DNA of 17,400 nucleotides from Candidatus Iainarchaeum sp. (lineage in GTDB: Archaea > Iainarchaeota > Iainarchaeia > Iainarchaeales > CSSED10-239): NCBI GenBank assembly GCA_028700905.1, contig JAQVRT010000007.1:1-17400 (forward strand). The letters run 5' to 3'. Shown in pieces: positions 15,322 through 17,400 of the stretch; the stretch's first letter is position 1, and each line of letters begins with the position of its first letter. The translations under genes and the position numbers were made by a program. The notes beneath the pieces are model-generated. The model had not been told where the DNA came from. It saw only the letters and a program-made list of their open reading frames with translations, and did no database searches.

Positions 15322-17400
15322 TTATATAAATTTACCTTGGAAGAGGATATTTCCTCCTCCTTTTATTTTTCTTTTCATTTTTTCTTCAAGCTCAGCTTTA
15401 ATTTCTTCAATTGAAATCTTTGACTCTGGTCCTTTATAGATAAAGACATTACCATTATTGTTATATATAGCAATTGTTTTATCTTTTGCTTTATCAATAG
15501 AGCCAACTTTCTTAAAGATTTTTAAAATTTCAGTTGAATCTAAATTAAACTTTGCAATAATTTTTTTATCTTTAGGAACAATTAAATTATTAGTTTCATA
15601 TTCTGCAATTCTTTCTCTCAAAGAATCAATTTCTTTTCTTTGTTCTTTCCATTCCTTAAAGAAATTTTTAATGGTTTTTTCAAGTTCAACTCTTGAAACT
15701 GAAAGAACTTGAGAAGAGTTATTTAAAATATTTTCATTTTCTTTAATATACTTTAAAGCAGATTTATAAGTTGTAAAAATTATTCTCTCAACACCATCTT
15801 GAACAGAAGTTCTTTTAATAATCTTAAAAATACCAGCTTGAGATGTGTTTGTTAAATGAAGACCTGCACATGCTTGGACATCTATTCCTTGAACCTCTAA
15901 TATTCTTAAAATATTCCCAGGAATTGCACCACCTTGGTAAAGTCTAAAACCATATTTTTTCTCAGCTTCATCTTTTGAAAGTTCATAATTATTTATTGGT
16001 ATTCCTTCAAGAATCCATTCATTAACTTGATTTTCAATTTCATTTATCTCTTCATCAGTAATTGCTCTATAATGAGTTACATCTAAATGAGCTTGAGAAA
16101 CGTCTTTAAAAGCACCTGCTTGCCAGATATGATTTCCTAAAACTTTTCTTGCAGCAGCATTAAGAAGATGTGTTGAAGAATGTTGAGATCTAAGTTGTCT
16201 TTGTCTCTCTCTGTCAACTAAACAGATTACATTTTGTCCAATATTTAACTCTTTTTGAGAATTATCTATAACTACTAATATTTTTCCTTCATAATTATAA
16301 ACTTCAGAAACATCATAAAGACCATTTATTGTTCCATGATCATAGTTTTGTCCTCCACCTTGAGGATAGAAAACACTTTTGTCAAGAATAACAAATTTTT
16401 TAGAAGAAAAAATTACTTTTGCAGTAACTTCTGTAATTCCTTGATAATATAATTTTTCTGTATTTTTTAAAGCTTTAATTATTTCTTTATTTTCATTTTC
16501 TAAAAGCTTATCTAAGAAGTTTTCTTGTTTTGCTTTTTCTTGAGCATTATCTAAAGTTATTTTTGTAAAATAATCTGTTGGAATTTCAATATCTTTATAA
16601 ACTTCTTTTATTTGTTCAGCTGTAATTCCATCACTTTTATATAAAGTTACAAGATCTTCTGTGGTTAATTGTTTTTTAGAAGATGAAAAAGCATTTATTT
16701 TTTGAACAGCTTTTTCTTTACTTGCAATATATTTTTTTTCTTCTTCTCTAAAAACATCAATAACAGTCTTTAAACCATTTCTTAAAGTTGGATCAAAATC
16801 TTTTAAAGAAGTTACATGTATTTCAAATATTTTTTCAAAATCTAAATTAAAATTAAATTCTTTATTTAAATCTAAAACTCTTCTTGCTAAGATTCTTAAA
16901 TTATAACCACCACCTGAATTTGAAGGTAATAAACCATCAGTTGAAGTATAAAGTAAAGTTTTAGTATGATCACATATAGCATAAAGAGCATGAACAGGAG
17001 AAAGTTTTTCTAGAAGTTCTTTTTTATCAAAACCTAGTTTTTCTGAAATCTCATCATATTTTTTATCAACATCTGAAATTTCATCAATATTTAGTTCTCC
17101 TGAAAGTTTATAGAATCTTTCTAAAAGTTCTCCGTCAAATTTAACTTTTGTATATTTCTTTAAATAATCTAATAAATCTTTAAAAGTTACATCATAACTT
17201 GTAGGTGTACCATTTGTATACCATGCAAGTCTTTCAAAACCAGCACCCATATCTATAATAGGTCTTTTTAATTGATCATATTGTTTATTTCCAAGATCTT
17301 GAAATTGCATAAAAACACAATTACCAAGTTCAACACCATGTGCATAATATTCCATTGAAGGTCCAAAATAACCTCCACCTTCCCAAACATCTTCAAAGAA
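15322..17400 (-). CDS. alaS: Alanyl-tRNA synthetase, 5'-truncated by the window edge (C-terminal roughly 690 aa present)
   Basis: The frame stays open to 17400 (FFEDVWEGGGYFGPSMEYYAHGVELGNCVFMQF...). Editing-domain motifs HSSTHLLN and CAGLH are present, as is the C-terminal ...KIKGGGN... The true start lies beyond the window. Confidence 0.95.
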   Translation of the reverse strand, partial: FFEDVWEGGGYFGPSMEYYAHGVELGNCVFMQFQDLGNKQYDQLKRPIIDMGAGFERLAWYTNGTPTSYDVTFKDLLDYLKKYTKVKFDGELLERFYKLSGELNIDEISDVDKKYDEISEKLGFDKKELLEKLSPVHALYAICDHTKTLLYTSTDGLLPSNSGGGYNLRILARRVLDLNKEFNFNLDFEKIFEIHVTSLKDFDPTLRNGLKTVIDVFREEEKKYIASKEKAVQKINAFSSSKKQLTTEDLVTLYKSDGITAEQIKEVYKDIEIPTDYFTKITLDNAQEKAKQENFLDKLLENENKEIIKALKNTEKLYYQGITEVTAKVIFSSKKFVILDKSVFYPQGGGQNYDHGTINGLYDVSEVYNYEGKILVVIDNSQKELNIGQNVICLVDRERQRQLRSQHSSTHLLNAAARKVLGNHIWQAGAFKDVSQAHLDVTHYRAITDEEINEIENQVNEWILEGIPINNYELSKDEAEKKYGFRLYQGGAIPGNILRILEVQGIDVQACAGLHLTNTSQAGIFKIIKRTSVQDGVERIIFTTYKSALKYIKENENILNNSSQVLSVSRVELEKTIKNFFKEWKEQRKEIDSLRERIAEYETNNLIVPKDKKIIAKFNLDSTEILKIFKKVGSIDKAKDKTIAIYNNNGNVFIYKGPESKISIEEIKAELEEKMKRKIKGGGNILFQGKFI

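Overview
This is a very AT-rich, tightly packed archaeal chromosomal window. By my coordinates only about 860 of 17,400 nt (roughly 5%) is non-coding, and almost every gene is an information-processing gene.

Minus strand, reading from high to low coordinates:
- the 3' two-thirds of alaS
- a membrane-anchored tandem-HKD (PLD/Nuc-like) protein
- tRNA-Pro(UGG)
- an orphan Lys/Asn-rich ORF
- proS
- an ATP-dependent DNA ligase
- the canonical archaeal RNA polymerase cluster rpoH, rpoB'', rpoB', rpoA', rpoA'', rpl30e, then the first 29 codons of a further ORF at the window edge

The only plus-strand genes are a single-domain KaiC-like ATPase and a Flavodoxin_2-type NAD(P)H oxidoreductase. They sit between the largest intergenic gap (326 bp) and a 12-bp convergent overlap with the ligase gene.

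I found no rRNA, CRISPR array, transposase, integrase or obvious mobile element.

The split rpoB, Shine-Dalgarno-led genes, compact layout and Lys/Glu-rich protein extensions fit a small-genome, low-GC archaeon (DPANN-like or related to a low-GC euryarchaeon). The lineage cannot be settled from this window alone.

I do not see a convincing new multi-gene system. The candidates most worth follow-up are:
- the opposite-strand KaiC-like/flavodoxin-fold pair, whose P-loop is non-canonical
- the anchored double-HKD protein co-oriented with alaS
- the orphan ORF between tRNA-Pro and proS
- a recurring T8/A8-TATAA-GTGATT module at two junctions inside the rpo operon
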